Assembly (NCBI GenBank): GCA_002269645.1
Contig: NIVC01004081.1
Coordinates: 1 to 61,435, forward strand
DNA from: Macrostomum lignano
Taxonomy: Eukaryota
Direction: 5' to 3'
Length of the DNA stretch: 61,435 nucleotides
Made by a program: the position numbers and the translations under genes
The notes under the pieces: model-generated
The model's input: only the letters and a program-made list of their open reading frames with translations
Databases searched by the model: none
Told to the model about the DNA's origin: nothing
Part shown: positions 14,265 to 27,543 of the stretch, piece by piece
Position numbering within the stretch: position 1 is the first letter of the stretch
How the letters are laid out: each line of letters starts with the position of its first letter

Positions 14265-14852
14265 ACTGTTGTCTGTCACTCTTTGGTCTGTCCTTTTCTA
14301 GTAAGCCACTCTCCTCGTCTGTCACTATCGTCTGTCATTCTCTACTCTATCACTCTCTAGTCTGTCACTTTGGTCTATCACTCTCTATCCTGTCACTTTC
14401 TCGTCCGTCACTCTCTAGCCTGTCACTCTCGAGTCTGTCACTCTCTAGTCTGTCACTCTCTATCCTGTCACTTTCTCGTCCGTCACTCTCTAGCCTGTCA
14501 CTCTCGAGTCTGTCACTCTCGAGTCTGTCACTCTCTAGTCTGTCACTCTCGAGTCTGTCACTCTCTAGTCTGTCACTCTCTAGTCTGTCACTCTCTATCC
14601 CGTCACTTTCTCGTCCGTCACTCTCTAGCCTGTCACTCTCTAGTCTGTCACTCTCTATCCTGTCACTCTCTAGTCTGTCACTCTCTATCACGTCACTTTC
14701 TCGTCCGTCACTCTCTAGCCTGTCACTCTCGAGTCTGTCACTCTCTAGTCTGTCACTCTCTACTCTGGCATTCTCTCATCTTTCATTCTCTAGTCTGTCA
14801 CTCTCTACTCTGTCACTCTCTACCCACTCTCTAGTCTGTCACTTTCTAGCCT
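14265..14852. repeat. 15-bp minisatellite (CTGTCACTCTCTAGT)n with variants
   Basis: Units visible. Confidence 0.92.
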
Positions 14853-15212
14853 GTCACACCTAATAGGAAACGCGCAAGACAAGATTCCAACATCTCAAGG
14901 TGCCAGGTGCTCCAGTCTGATCTAGAGCACCCAGAGCTTTCAGAAAATCAATATTTTTTTCATTTCAATGCAAAACACAAAGCGTTTATTTACAGGAAAG
15001 ACAAGTCAAGTTATTGACGGAACAGTCAGGACCGAAAATATGCGAACGGAAACACTGACATAAAAAAGCAATTAGACAAGCAATTAGTGCGAAAAATCGA
15101 TTGAGTTTTTAGAAGTGGTGAGCAGCCTTAACTCTGTAAGTCTCGGTAGGAGGCCTAAGCTCGATAAGCATAGATAACAATAAGCTCTGCTCTAGCGGCA
15201 ATCATTTCAGGG

Positions 15213-15785
15213 GTGCCATTTCATTTGGGGAGAGGCGCCATTTCATTTGGGGAGAGGCGCCATTTCAATTGAGGAGAGGCGCCATTTCATTTGGGGAGAG
15301 GCGCCATTTCATTTTGAGGAGAGGCGCCATTTCATTTTGAGGAGAGGCGCTATTTTGTTAAGGAGAGGCGCCATTTCATTTGGGGAGAGGCGCCATTTTA
15401 TTTTGAGGAGAGGCGCCATTTCATTTTGAGGAGAGGCGCCATTTCATTTTGAGGAGAGGCGCCATTTCATTTGAGGAGAGGCGCCATTTCATTTTGAGGA
15501 GAGGCGCCATTTCATTTTGAGGAGAGGCGCCATTTCATTTTGAGGAGAGGCGCCATTTCATTTTGAGGAGAGGCACAATTTCATTTTGAGGAGAGGCGCC
15601 ATTTCATTTGGGGAGAGGTGCCATTTCATTTGGGGAGAGGCGCCATTTCATTCGAGGAGAGGCGCCATTTCATTTTGAGGAGAGGCGCCATTTCATTTGG
15701 GGAGAGGCGCCATTTCTTTTGAGAAGAGGCACCATTTCATTTGAGGAAAGGCGCCATTTCTTTTGAGAAGTGGCGCCCTATTAAG
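15213..15785. repeat. 22-23-bp minisatellite (GAGGAGAGGCGCCATTTCATTTT)n
   Basis: About 25 units visible. Confidence 0.95.
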
Positions 15786-16319
15786 TGAAGAGGCGCGCCT
15801 TGAAAGACGCGCGTCCTCCAATAAAAATCGCCCCCCACCTGATCATTCTAACTCATAATTTACTGCATACACAATGGACAAGTTAGTGCAAACGCTTAAG
15901 TGGCGCAAAGTATTAAAACACGAAATTACAAAACTGCTCATAATCACAACCTAAATGTCTAGAATTATTTTTTTAACAGAACAAAATCGCTGCAACAAAA
16001 GTTAGTACAGCCAAAAAACTCTATTTGCTCCAATTGTTCTAAAAAAGACAAGTTCAGGGACGAAAGCAGAGCACAATGGTTGCAAACAATGAACAATGGC
16101 TCGACTATTTTAGTCAGAAAAAAGTTTTTGTCCAGACAGACTCAAATACTCTGAACCAAATGCTCGGCCTCAAACGGGAGACCAGCGAGAGACTGGGGGT
16201 GAGCGCGAAGTTGAGACAGGAAACAGCTGACAGCCAGTCAGTCTCCAGTGTGTTCGGGATGATGGCGCTTGGGGATATGAACAGGACTGCTCCACGAGCA
16301 AGCTATTCAGACACTGCAC

Positions 16320-16715
16320 TTCTGAAGATGTACATTGTCGGTGTACACTTAAAGATGTACATTGTTGGATGTACACTTGAAGAGTTACATTGTTGGGTGT
16401 ACACTTGAAGAGGTACATTGCCGGTATACACTTGAAGATGTACACATGAAGATGTACACTTGAAGATGTACACTTGAAGATGTACACTTGAAGATGTACA
16501 CTTGAAGATGTATACTTGAAGATGTATACTTGAAGATGTACACTTGAAGATGTACACTTGAAGATGTACACTTGAAGATGTACACTTGAAGATGTACACT
16601 TGAAGATGTACAATCAAAGATGTACATAGCCGGTGTACACTTGAAGACGTACGAGTACATGGCCTTCGAACTAATGAAGATAAACATTATCGATGTACAC
16701 TTGAAGACGTACATT
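16320..16715. repeat. 14-bp minisatellite (GAAGATGTACACTT)n
   Basis: Pure core with degenerate flanks. Confidence 0.92.
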
Positions 16716-17039
16716 CCTGAAGCTGTGCATAGCCAGTATAAAAATCGATGGGTGCGCAGAAATCAGACACTGACTGACTAATCGGCCACAACACTTGCCA
16801 GGTACGCCAGGTACAGTTAAGATCAAGCAAAAGCGACATCTCCATGGACACCTACTGGACGGAATTCGACGCTAGAAGCAGAACCACGGTGGCAGCGACG
16901 GCGGCGGCTGCTGCGACCAGTCGGAGGCTCGGGACGGCTCCGAGCGGCGAGCCTGTGATGAGGCGCAGCTTCTTTGAGTCCTGCTTGGCCAAGTCTGTGG
17001 ATGGAGCGGGGAGTTTGGAGTAGATGGATGGAATGGGAT

Positions 17040-18600
17040 GGAGAATGACCAAGATAGAATTGGAGGAGAATGACCAAGATAGAACCGGAGGAGAATGACC
17101 AAGATAGAACCGGAGGAGAATGACCAAGATAGAATTGGAGGAGAATGACCAAGATAGAATCGGAGGAGAATGACCAAGATAGAACCGGAGGAGAATGACC
17201 AAGATATAGTCTGAGAGGAGAATGACCAAGATAGAACCGGAGGAGAATGACCAAGATAGAACCGGAGGAGAATGACCAAGATAGAACCGGAGGAGAATGA
17301 CCAAGATAGAATCGGAGGAGAATGACCAAGATAGAACCGGAGGAGAATGACCAAGATAGAACCGGAGGAGAATGACCAAGATAGAACCGGAGGAGAATGA
17401 CCAAGATAGAACCGGAGGAGAATGACCAAGATAGAACCGGAGGAGAATGACCAAGATATAGTCTGAGAGGAGAATGACCAAGGTAGAACCGGAGGAGAAT
17501 GACTAAGATAGAACCGGAGGAGAATGACCAAGATAGAACCGGAGGAGAATGACCAAGATAGAATCGGAGGAGAATGACCAAGATAGAACCGGAGGAGAAT
17601 GACCAAGATAGAATTGGAGGAGAATGACCAAGATAGAATTGGAGGAGAACGACCAAGATAGAATTGGAGGAGAATGACCAAGATAGAATTGGAGGAGAAT
17701 GACCAAGATAGAACCGGAGGAGAATGACCAAGATAGAATTGGAGGAGAATGACCAAGATAGAACCGGAGGAGAATGACCAAGATAGAATCGGAGGAGAAT
17801 GACCAAGATATAGTCTGAGAGGAGAATGACCAAGATAGAATTGGAGGAGAATGACCAAGATAGAATTGGAGGAGAATGACCAAGATAGAATCGGAGGAGA
17901 ATGACCAAGATAGAACCGGAGGAGAATGACCAAGATAGAACCGGAGGAGAATGACCAAGATAGAACCGGAGGAGAATGACCAAGATAGAATTGGAGGAGA
18001 ATGACCAAGATAGAACCGGAGGAGAATGACCAAGATATAGTCTGAGAGGAGAATGACCAAGATAGAATTGGAGGAGAATGACCAAGATATAGTCTGAGAG
18101 GAGAATGACCAAGATAGAATCGGAGGAGAATGACCAAGATAGAACCGGAGGAGAATGACCAAGATATAGTCTGAGAGGAGAATGACCAAGATAGAATCGG
18201 AGGAGAATGACCAAGATAGAATCGGAGGAGAATGACCAAGATAGAATCGGAGGAGAATGACCAAGATAGAATCGGGAGGAGAATGACCAAGATAGAATCG
18301 GAGGAGAATGACCAAGATAGAATCGGAGGAGAATGACCAAGATAGAATTGGAGGAGAATGACCAAGATAGAATTGAAGGAGAATGACCAAGATAGAATCG
18401 GAGGAGAATGACCAAGATAGAATTGAAGGAGAATGACCAAGATAGAACCGGAGGAGAATGACCAAGATAGAACCGGAGGAGAATGACCAAGATAGAACCG
18501 GAGGAGAATGACCAAGATAGAATTGAAGGAGAATGACCAAGATAGAACCGGAGGAGAATGACCAAGATAGAACCGGAGGAGAATGACCAAGACAGAACCG
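17040..18600. repeat. 25-bp minisatellite (GGAGGAGAATGACCAAGATAGAA[C/T][C/T])n
   Basis: About 60 units; explains the 200-620 aa repetitive ORFs. Confidence 0.97.
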
Positions 18601-19261
18601 GGGAGAGCTCTCCAAGACTGCAGTGGAAGAGGTGTGACCTGAGACGCCCCGGACCCAATCCAATTACAAAATACGCATTTCTCAGGTGCAACCTAGCTCG
18701 GTAAGGATCCCATTAGATCAGTGATTACGCAATACGCCCCACAGCATACAAACAGGCCTGACTATGCATTCTGATATGAACGGAAATGAATTGGCCCGGC
18801 ATAAATCAATTATAGCAGAAGAATTTATTAGAAAGCTACATATTTAATGCTGTCATACGGCCGCAGCGGCTTCATAATATTAATAATTAATCATTCTAAC
18901 TTCCCCGAGACAATCATCAACAATAGTTTATAAATTGAAGGGAAAATGCCGGGATGAGGGCGGGTCACCAGTGCCCTTCAAGTGCCCCCGAAACTTTTCC
19001 TATTGTCAATTTCTGCAGTAGAAATGCCGGGAGGCTGCAGCCCCACACCCACATGGCCCACATTTCCCTGCCGCTGAAATTTTTGTGATAGACGCGGTTT
19101 GGAAGGGGCTATTGAATTCCCATGGTCAGCCGCTAGAGTTAGACCATCCTCCTGCCCCCAATGAAATTTTCAAACAGGCAGTCAGCTGTCTAATCTTCCT
19201 AATCAGCCGGGATGAAGGCGCTTGTTATTAAGGGCGCTTGACAGGATTGAAATTCTCGATT

Positions 19262-19590
19262 TTTCGAAAGTTTCGATTCTGTGAAGTTTCAATTCTGTGA
19301 AGTTTCGTATTTGTGAAGTTTCGATTCTGTGAAGTTTCGAATTTGTGAAGTTTCAATTCTGTGAAGTTTCAATTCTGTGAAGTTTCGTATTTGTGAAGTT
19401 TCGATTCTGTGAAGTTTCGAATTTGTGAAGTTTCAATTCTGTGAAGTTTCAATTCTGTGAAGTTTCGTATTTGTGAAGTTTCGATTCTGTGAAGTTTCGA
19501 ATTTGTGAAGTTTCAATTCTGTGAAGTTTCAATTCTGTGAAGTTTCAATTCTGTGAAGTTTCGAAATTGTGAAGTTTCATATTTGTGAAG
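19262..19590. repeat. 16-bp minisatellite (GTGAAGTTTCAATTCT)n
   Basis: About 20 units with a recurring variant order. Confidence 0.93.
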
Positions 19591-20017
19591 TTCGAGCTTT
19601 AAAAAGCGAACCGCTGCATTGCCGTTGAAAAAATCATTTTGACACCTCCTTGATTCCACCCGACTTTCACCGCCTGCCCTCAGTTACAAACATCTCCCTC
19701 TTTATGAGCGCCGCCTTCTCCTGTTCCCCATCTGCATCATCTCCCTTTGTCCAGCCTCAACCACAGAGAGAGGACATCAGCTGAGGTAGGGAGGGAGGTT
19801 TTGAAGCGGCCCGTGAAGAAGAGCTTTCGCGAAAGCACGCAACTCAAATTTCGCGCTGAGCCCGGGTGCACCGCGCCTTCTAATTATGGTTGTGCCGTGG
19901 CCTGCTGCTCCGCTCCCTCCTGGCCAGGGGGACCACTGTAACACCTGGACTGGAGCAACGAGGGCTAGATTCGATTAAAGATTTCCTCTTCTAAAGCGAG
20001 CATGCCAACGCGCAACC

Positions 20018-20275
20018 AACGCCTTCGGCGACATCGTGCCACAAGCAGCCCTGACGGCAATTCTGCCCATTACGCTGACGCAGGCGCGCACTCATGCAAA
20101 CGCTCACACAGGGTGTACAGCACCCCTGGCTTTCTAATCCGTCAGGGTTGGCCCTCATGGGTTGTGAATCGCGCTACCCCCCCCCCTGACCAATTTTTCG
20201 GGCACACAAGCCCCAAATGAATGTGTTTGAGCACGGAACTGAACCAGGGGGTCGTAGTGGCACTGAGTTGAGTTA
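20018..20275 (-). mobile_element. SINE-like copy
   Basis: Shares AACGCCTTC.GCGACA, GCGCGCACTC, ACGCTCACACAGGGTGTACAGC and CCCTCATGG with 32898-33125; degenerate B box. Confidence 0.6.
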
Positions 20276-21295
20276 GGGGGTGTCAGTTTCATACTCCTTG
20301 GTTCCTAGCGACTACTAATGAGGAGTCCTTGGCTTGAATCGCCAGGCCAGAGCGTTGTTGGGGGCGGGTGGATGCGGGCCACTTCAAGCCGCCGCCGCCG
20401 CCGCCCCATCCAATTTCCGCCTTGTTTCAAATTTTTCTCTTTATCAATGCCCAGACAAAGGGCTCTCTTTGTTATTCGCTTTTTCTGTCCATCGTCTTGT
20501 CGGCAAACAGGGGAGAGAGGCATTAAAAAAATAATCTAAAAAGTAACTGGCAATTATTGAGGCTCTTGCCTATTTATAATTACAAGCTAATCTGATTTTG
20601 CCGATATTTCTAACCGAGAGTGAGAGGCGACTCGTAGAGACAGAGGAAAATTCCAGCATGGCAACTAAAATGAGTAGCCTTGTTAATTAGACTCAAATAT
20701 TGTAAAACAATAGCTGATATCAATTTGTTATCGATGATTGCAGCCACTTTAGTATGCATGTAAGTTTGACAGCTTTGGGATGATGATGATGAGGAGTACA
20801 GGATTCTGGGGACGAATTCCGCAACTCAATGCAGATTGGTCACGCAACTGACTGCCGGATATCAAAGGGATCTCCCACCTCGCAGCTTCCTTCCTTCATC
20901 GCGTGATCAGAAGCATTGGTTTGTTAATTAAGGCGCCAAGCCCCAGCGCCATCAGTTCTCTCCACAGCACATTAATTCCAGCGCTCAGTCAGCTCCTGAT
21001 TGATAGCGGGGGGGGGGGCAGCGAGAGATTGGAGAACAAAACACAACAAAAACAGCCGGCGAAAACCCGACGCTTGCACGCGAGACGAGATGGAGAATCG
21101 ATTTTCTAAGAAATGGCGGAGAAGCTGGATGGGAAGATCTGATTAACCGGGAGTTCTATCTCATTGAATCGCTTGCAAGATCTGGTTCCATTCGATTCAA
21201 GCTGCCTCTCTAAATGTTAAAGTGAATGGCAGATATGCCTTTAGACTTGCTTTGAAGGTAGAACTTAAGTTGTTTGCAAAAATATTTCCAGAGGA

Positions 21296-24200
21296 ACATG
21301 GAGTATCGGGATCATGGAGTATCGGGATCATGGAGTATCGGGATCATAGAGTATCGGGATCATGGAGTATCGGGATCATAGAGTATCGGGATCATGGAGT
21401 ATCGGGATCATGGAGTATCGGGATCATGGAGTATCGGGATCATGGAGTATCGGGATCATAGAGTATCGGGATCATAGAGTATCGGGATCATGGAGTATCG
21501 GGATCATGGAGTATCGGGATCATGGAGTATCGGGATCATAGAGTATCGGGATCATGGAGTATCGGGATCATGGAGTATCGGGATCATGGAGTATCGGGAT
21601 CATGGAGTATCGGGATCATGGAGTATCGGGATCATGGAGTATCGGGATCATGGAGTATCGGGATCATAGAGTATCGGGATCATAGAGTATCGGGATCATG
21701 GAGTATCGGGATCAAAGAGTATCGGGATCATAGAGTATCGGGATCATGGAGTATCGGGATCATAGAGTATCGGGATCATAGAGTATCGGGATCATAGAGT
21801 ATCGGGATCGTAGAGTATCGGGATCGTAGAGTATCGGGATCATAGAGTATCGGGATCATAGAGTATGGGGTCGGGATCATGGAGTATGGGGATCATGGAG
21901 TATCGGGATCATGGAGTATCGGGATCATAGGGTATCGGGATCATGGAGTATCGGGATCATAGAGTATCGGGATCATGGAGTATCGGGATCATGGAGTATC
22001 GGGATCATGGAGTATGGGGTCGGGATCATAGAGTATCGGGATCATAGAGTATCGGGATCATGGAGTATGGGGTCGGGATCATGGAGTATGGGGATCATGG
22101 AGTATCGGGATCATAGAGTATCGGGATCATGGAGTATCGGGATAATGGAGTATCGGGATCATAGAGTATCGGGATCATAGAGTATCGGGATCATAGAGTA
22201 TCGGGATCATAGAGTATCGGGATCATGGAGTATCGGGATCATAGAGTATCGGGATCATGGAGTATCGGGATTATGGAGTATCGGGATCATAGAGTATCGG
22301 GATCATGGAGTATCGGGATCATGGAGTATCGGGATCATGGAGTATCGGGATCATAGAGTATCGGGATCATGGAGTATCGGGATCATGGAGTATCGGGATC
22401 ATGGAGTATCGGGATCATGGAGTATCGGGATCATAGAGTATCGGGATCATAGAGTATCGGGATCATGGAGTATCGGGATCATGGAGTATCGGGATCATGG
22501 AGTATCGGGATCATAGAGTATCGGGATCATGGAGTATCGGGATCATGGAGTATCGGGATCATGGAGTATCGGGATCATGGAGTATCGGGATCATGGAGTA
22601 TCGGGATCATGGAGTATCGGGATCATAGAGTATCGGGATCATAGAGTATCGGGATCATGGAGTATCGGGATCAAAGAGTATCGGGATCATAGAGTATCGG
22701 GATCATGGAGTATCGGGATCATAGAGTATCGGGATCATAGAGTATCGGGATCATAGAGTATCGGGATCGTAGAGTATCGGGATCGTAGAGTATCGGGATC
22801 ATAGAGTATCGGGATCATAGAGTATGGGGTCGGGATCATGGAGTATGGGGATCATGGAGTATCGGATCATGGAGTATCGGGATCATAGGGTATCGGGATC
22901 ATGGAGTATCGGGATCATAGAGTATCGGGATCATGGAGTATCGGGATCATGGAGTATCGGGATCATGGAGTATCGGGATCATGGAGTATGGGGTCGGGAT
23001 CATAGAGTATCGGGATCATAGAGTATCGGGATCATGGAGTATGGGGTCGGGATCATGGAGTATGGGATCATGGAGTATCGGGATCATAGAGTATCGGGAT
23101 CATGGAGTATCGGGATAATGGAGTATCGGGATCATAGAGTATCGGGATCATAGAGTATCGGGATCATAGAGTATCGGGATCATAGAGTATCGGGATCATG
23201 GAGTATCGGGATCATAGAGTATCGGGATCATGGAGTATCGGGATTATGGAGTATCGGGATCATGGAGTATCGGGATCATGGAGTATCGGGATCATGGAGT
23301 ATCGGGATCATAGAGTATCGGGATCATAGAGTATCGGGATCATAGAGTATCGGGATCATAGAGTATCGGGATCATAGAGTATCGGGATCATAGAGTATCG
23401 GGATCATAGAGTATCGGGATCATAGAGTATCGGATCATAGAGTATCGGGATCATAGAGTATCGGGATCATAGAGTATCGGGATCATGGAGTATCGGGATC
23501 ATGGAGTATCGGGATCATAGAGTATCGGGATCATAGAGTATCGGGATCGTAGAGTATCGGGATCGTAGAGTATCGGGATCATAGAGTATCGGGATCAAAG
23601 AGTATCGGGATCATAGAGTATCGGGATCATAGAGTATCGGGATCATAGAGTATCGGGATCATAGAGTATCGGGATCGTAGAGTATCGGGATCGTAGAGTA
23701 TCGGGATCATGGAGTATCGGGATCATAGAGTATCGGGATCAAAGAGTATCGGGATCATAGAGTATCGGGATCATAGAGTATCGGGATCATAGAGTATCGG
23801 GATCATAGAGTATCGGGATCGTAGAGTATCGGGATCATAGAGTATCGGGATCATGGAGTATCGGGATCATAGAGTATCGGGATCATAGAGTATCGGGATC
23901 ATGGAGTATCGGGATCAAAGAGTATCGGGATCATAGAGTATCGGGATCATGGAGTATCGGGATCATAGAGTATCGGGATCATAGAGTATCGGGATCATAG
24001 AGTATCGGGATCGTAGAGTATCGGGATCGTAGAGTATCGGGATCATAGAGTATCGGGATCATAGAGTATGGGGTCGGGATCATGGAGTATGGGGATCATG
24101 GAGTATCGGGATCATGGAGTATCGGGATCATAGGGTATCGGGATCATGGAGTATCGGGATCATAGAGTATCGGGATCATGGAGTATCGGGATCATGGAGT

Positions 24201-27200
24201 ATCGGGATCATGGAGTATCGGGATCATGGAGTATGGGGTCGGGATCATAGAGTATCGGGATCATAGAGTATCGGGATCATGGAGTATGGGGTCGGGATCA
24301 TGGAGTATGGGGATCATGGAGTATCGGGATCATAGAGTATCGGGATCATGGAGTATCGGGATAATGGAGTATCGGGATCATAGAGTATCGGGATCATAGA
24401 GTATCGGGATCATAGAGTATCGGGATCATAGAGTATCGGGATCATGGAGTATCGGGATCATAGAGTATCGGGATCATGGAGTATCGGGATTATGGAGTAT
24501 CGGGATCATGGAGTATCGGGATCATGGAGTATCGGGATCATGGAGTATCGGGATCATAGAGTATCGGGATCATAGAGTATCGGGATCATAGAGTATCGGG
24601 ATCATAGAGTATCGGGATCATAGAGTATCGGGATCATAGAGTATCGGGATCATAGAGTATCGGGATCATAGAGTATCGGGATCATAGAGTATCGGGATCA
24701 TAGAGTATCGGGATCATAGAGTATCGGGATCATGGAGTATCGGGATCATGGAGTATCGGGATCATAGAGTATCGGGATCATAGAGTATCGGGATCGTAGA
24801 GTATCGGGATCGTAGAGTATCGGGATCATAGAGTATCGGATCAAAGAGTATCGGGATCATAGAGTATCGGGATCATAGAGTATCGGGATCATAGAGTATC
24901 GGGATCATAGAGTATCGGGATCGTAGAGTATCGGGATCGTAGAGTATCGGGATCATGGAGTATCGGGATCATAGAGTATCGGGATCAAAGAGTATCGGGA
25001 TCATAGAGTATCGGGATCATAGAGTATCGGGATCATAGAGTATCGGGATCATAGAGTATCGGGATCGTAGAGTATCGGGATCATAGAGTATCGGGATCAT
25101 GGAGTATGGGGTCGGGATCATGGAGTATGGGGATCATGGAGTATCGGGATCATAGAGTATCGGGATCATGGAGTATCGGGATCATAGAGTATCGGGATCA
25201 TGGAGTATGGGGTCGGGATCATGGAGTATGGGGATCATGGAGTATCGGGATCATAGAGTATCGGGATCATGGAGTATCGGGATCATGGAGTATCGGGATC
25301 ATAGAGTATCGGGATCATAGAGTATCGGGATCATAGAGTATCGGGATCATAGAGTATCGGGATCATAGAGTATCGGGATCATGGAGTATCGGGATCATGG
25401 AGTATCGGGATCATAGAGTATCGGGATTATGGAGTATCGGGATCATGGAGTATCGGGATCATAGAGTATCGGGATCATGGAGTATCGGGATCATAGAGTA
25501 TCGGGATCATAGAGTATCGGGATCATAGAGTATCGGGATCATAGAGTATCGGGATCATAGAGTATCGGGATCATAGAGTATCGGGATCATAGAGTATCGG
25601 GATCATAGAGTATCGGGATCATAGAGTATCGGGATCATAGAGTATCGGGATCATAGAGTATCGGGATCATGGAGTATCGGGATCATAGAGTATCGGGATC
25701 ATAGAGTATCGGGATCATGGAGTATCGGGATCATGGAGTATCGGGATCATAGAGTATCGGGATCAAAGAGTATCGGGATCATAGAGTATCGGGATCATAG
25801 AGTATCGGGATCATAGAGTATCGGGATCATAGAGTATCGGGATCGTAGAGTATCGGGATCGTAGAGTATCGGGATCATGGAGTATCGGGATCATGGAGTA
25901 TGGGGTCGGGATCATGGAGTATGGGGATCATGGAGTATCGGGATCATGGAGTATCGGGATCATAGGGTATCGGGATCATGGAGTATCGGGATCATAGAGT
26001 ATCGGGATCATCGAGTATCGGGATCATGGAGTATCGGGATCATAGAGTATCGGGATCATAGAGTATCGGGATCATAGAGTATCGGGATCATAGAGTATCG
26101 GGATCGTAGAGTATCGGGATCATGGAGTATCGGGATCATAGAGTATCGGGATCAAAGAGTATCGGGATCATAGAGTATCGGGATCGTAGAGTATCGGGAT
26201 CATAGAGTATCGGGATCATGGAGTATGGGGTCGGGATCATGGAGTATGGGGATCATGGAGTATCGGGATCATAGAGTATCGGGATCATGGAGTATCGGGA
26301 TCATAGAGTATCGGGATCATGGAGTATGGGGTCGGGATCATGGAGTATGGGGATCATGGAGTATCGGGATCATAGAGTATCGGGATCATGGAGTATCGGG
26401 ATCATGGAGTATCGGGATCATAGAGTATCGGGATCATAGAGTATCGGGATCATAGAGTATCGGGATCATAGAGTATCGGGATCATAGAGTATCGGGATCA
26501 TGGAGTATCGGGATCATGGAGTATCGGGATCATAGAGTATCGGGATTATGGAGTATCGGGATCATGGAGTATCGGGATCATAGAGTATCGGGATCATGGA
26601 GTATCGGGATCATAGAGTATCGGGATCATAGAGTATCGGGATCATAGAGTATCGGGATCATAGAGTATCGGGATCATAGAGTATCGGGATCATAGAGTAT
26701 CGGGATCATAGAGTATCGGGATCATAGAGTATCGGGATCATAGAGTATCGGATCATAGAGTATCGGGATCATAGAGTATCGGGATCATGGAGTATCGGGA
26801 TCATAGAGTATCGGGATCATAGAGTATCGGGATCATGGAGTATCGGGATCATGGAGTATCGGGATCATAGAGTATCGGGATCAAAGAGTATCGGGATCAT
26901 AGAGTATCGGGATCATAGAGTATCGGGATCATAGAGTATCGGGATCATAGAGTATCGGGATCGTAGAGTATCGGGATCGTAGAGTATCGGGATCATGGAG
27001 TATCGGGATCATAGAGTATCGGGATCAAAGAGTATCGGGATCATAGAGTATCGGGATCATAGAGTATCGGGATCATAGAGTATCGGGATCATAGAGTATC
27101 GGGATCGTAGAGTATCGGGATCGTAGAGTATCGGGATCATAGAGTATCGGGATCATAGAGTATCGGGATCATAGAGTATCGGGATCATGGAGTATGGGGT

Positions 27201-27543
27201 CGGGATCATGGAGTATGGGGATCATGGAGTATCGGGATCATGGAGTATCGGGATCATAGGGTATCGGGATCATGGAGTATCGGGATCATAGAGTATCGGG
27301 ATCATCGAGTATCGGGATCATGGAGTATCGGGATCATGGAGTATCGGGATCATAGAGTATCGGGATCATAGAGTATCGGGATCAAAGAGTATCGGGATCA
27401 TAGAGTATCGGGATCATAGAGTATCGGGATCATAGAGTATCGGGATCATAGAGTATCGGGATCATAGAGTATCGGGATCATAGAGTATCGGGATCATAGA
27501 GTATCGGGATCATAGAGTATCGGGATCATAGAGTATCGGGATC
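21296..27543. repeat. About 6.25-kb 16-bp satellite (GAGTATCGGGATCAT[G/A])n with higher-order block duplications
   Basis: About 390 units; identical variant strings recur at about 0.96 and 1.12 kb offsets. Confidence 0.98.

Noticed and set aside
16823-18691. Long ORFs of 209-622 aa
   Set aside because: These are translations of the 25-bp minisatellite with no domain content.
21296-27543. CRISPR-like array
   Set aside because: No unique spacers, no cas genes, and the context is eukaryotic and intron-containing.
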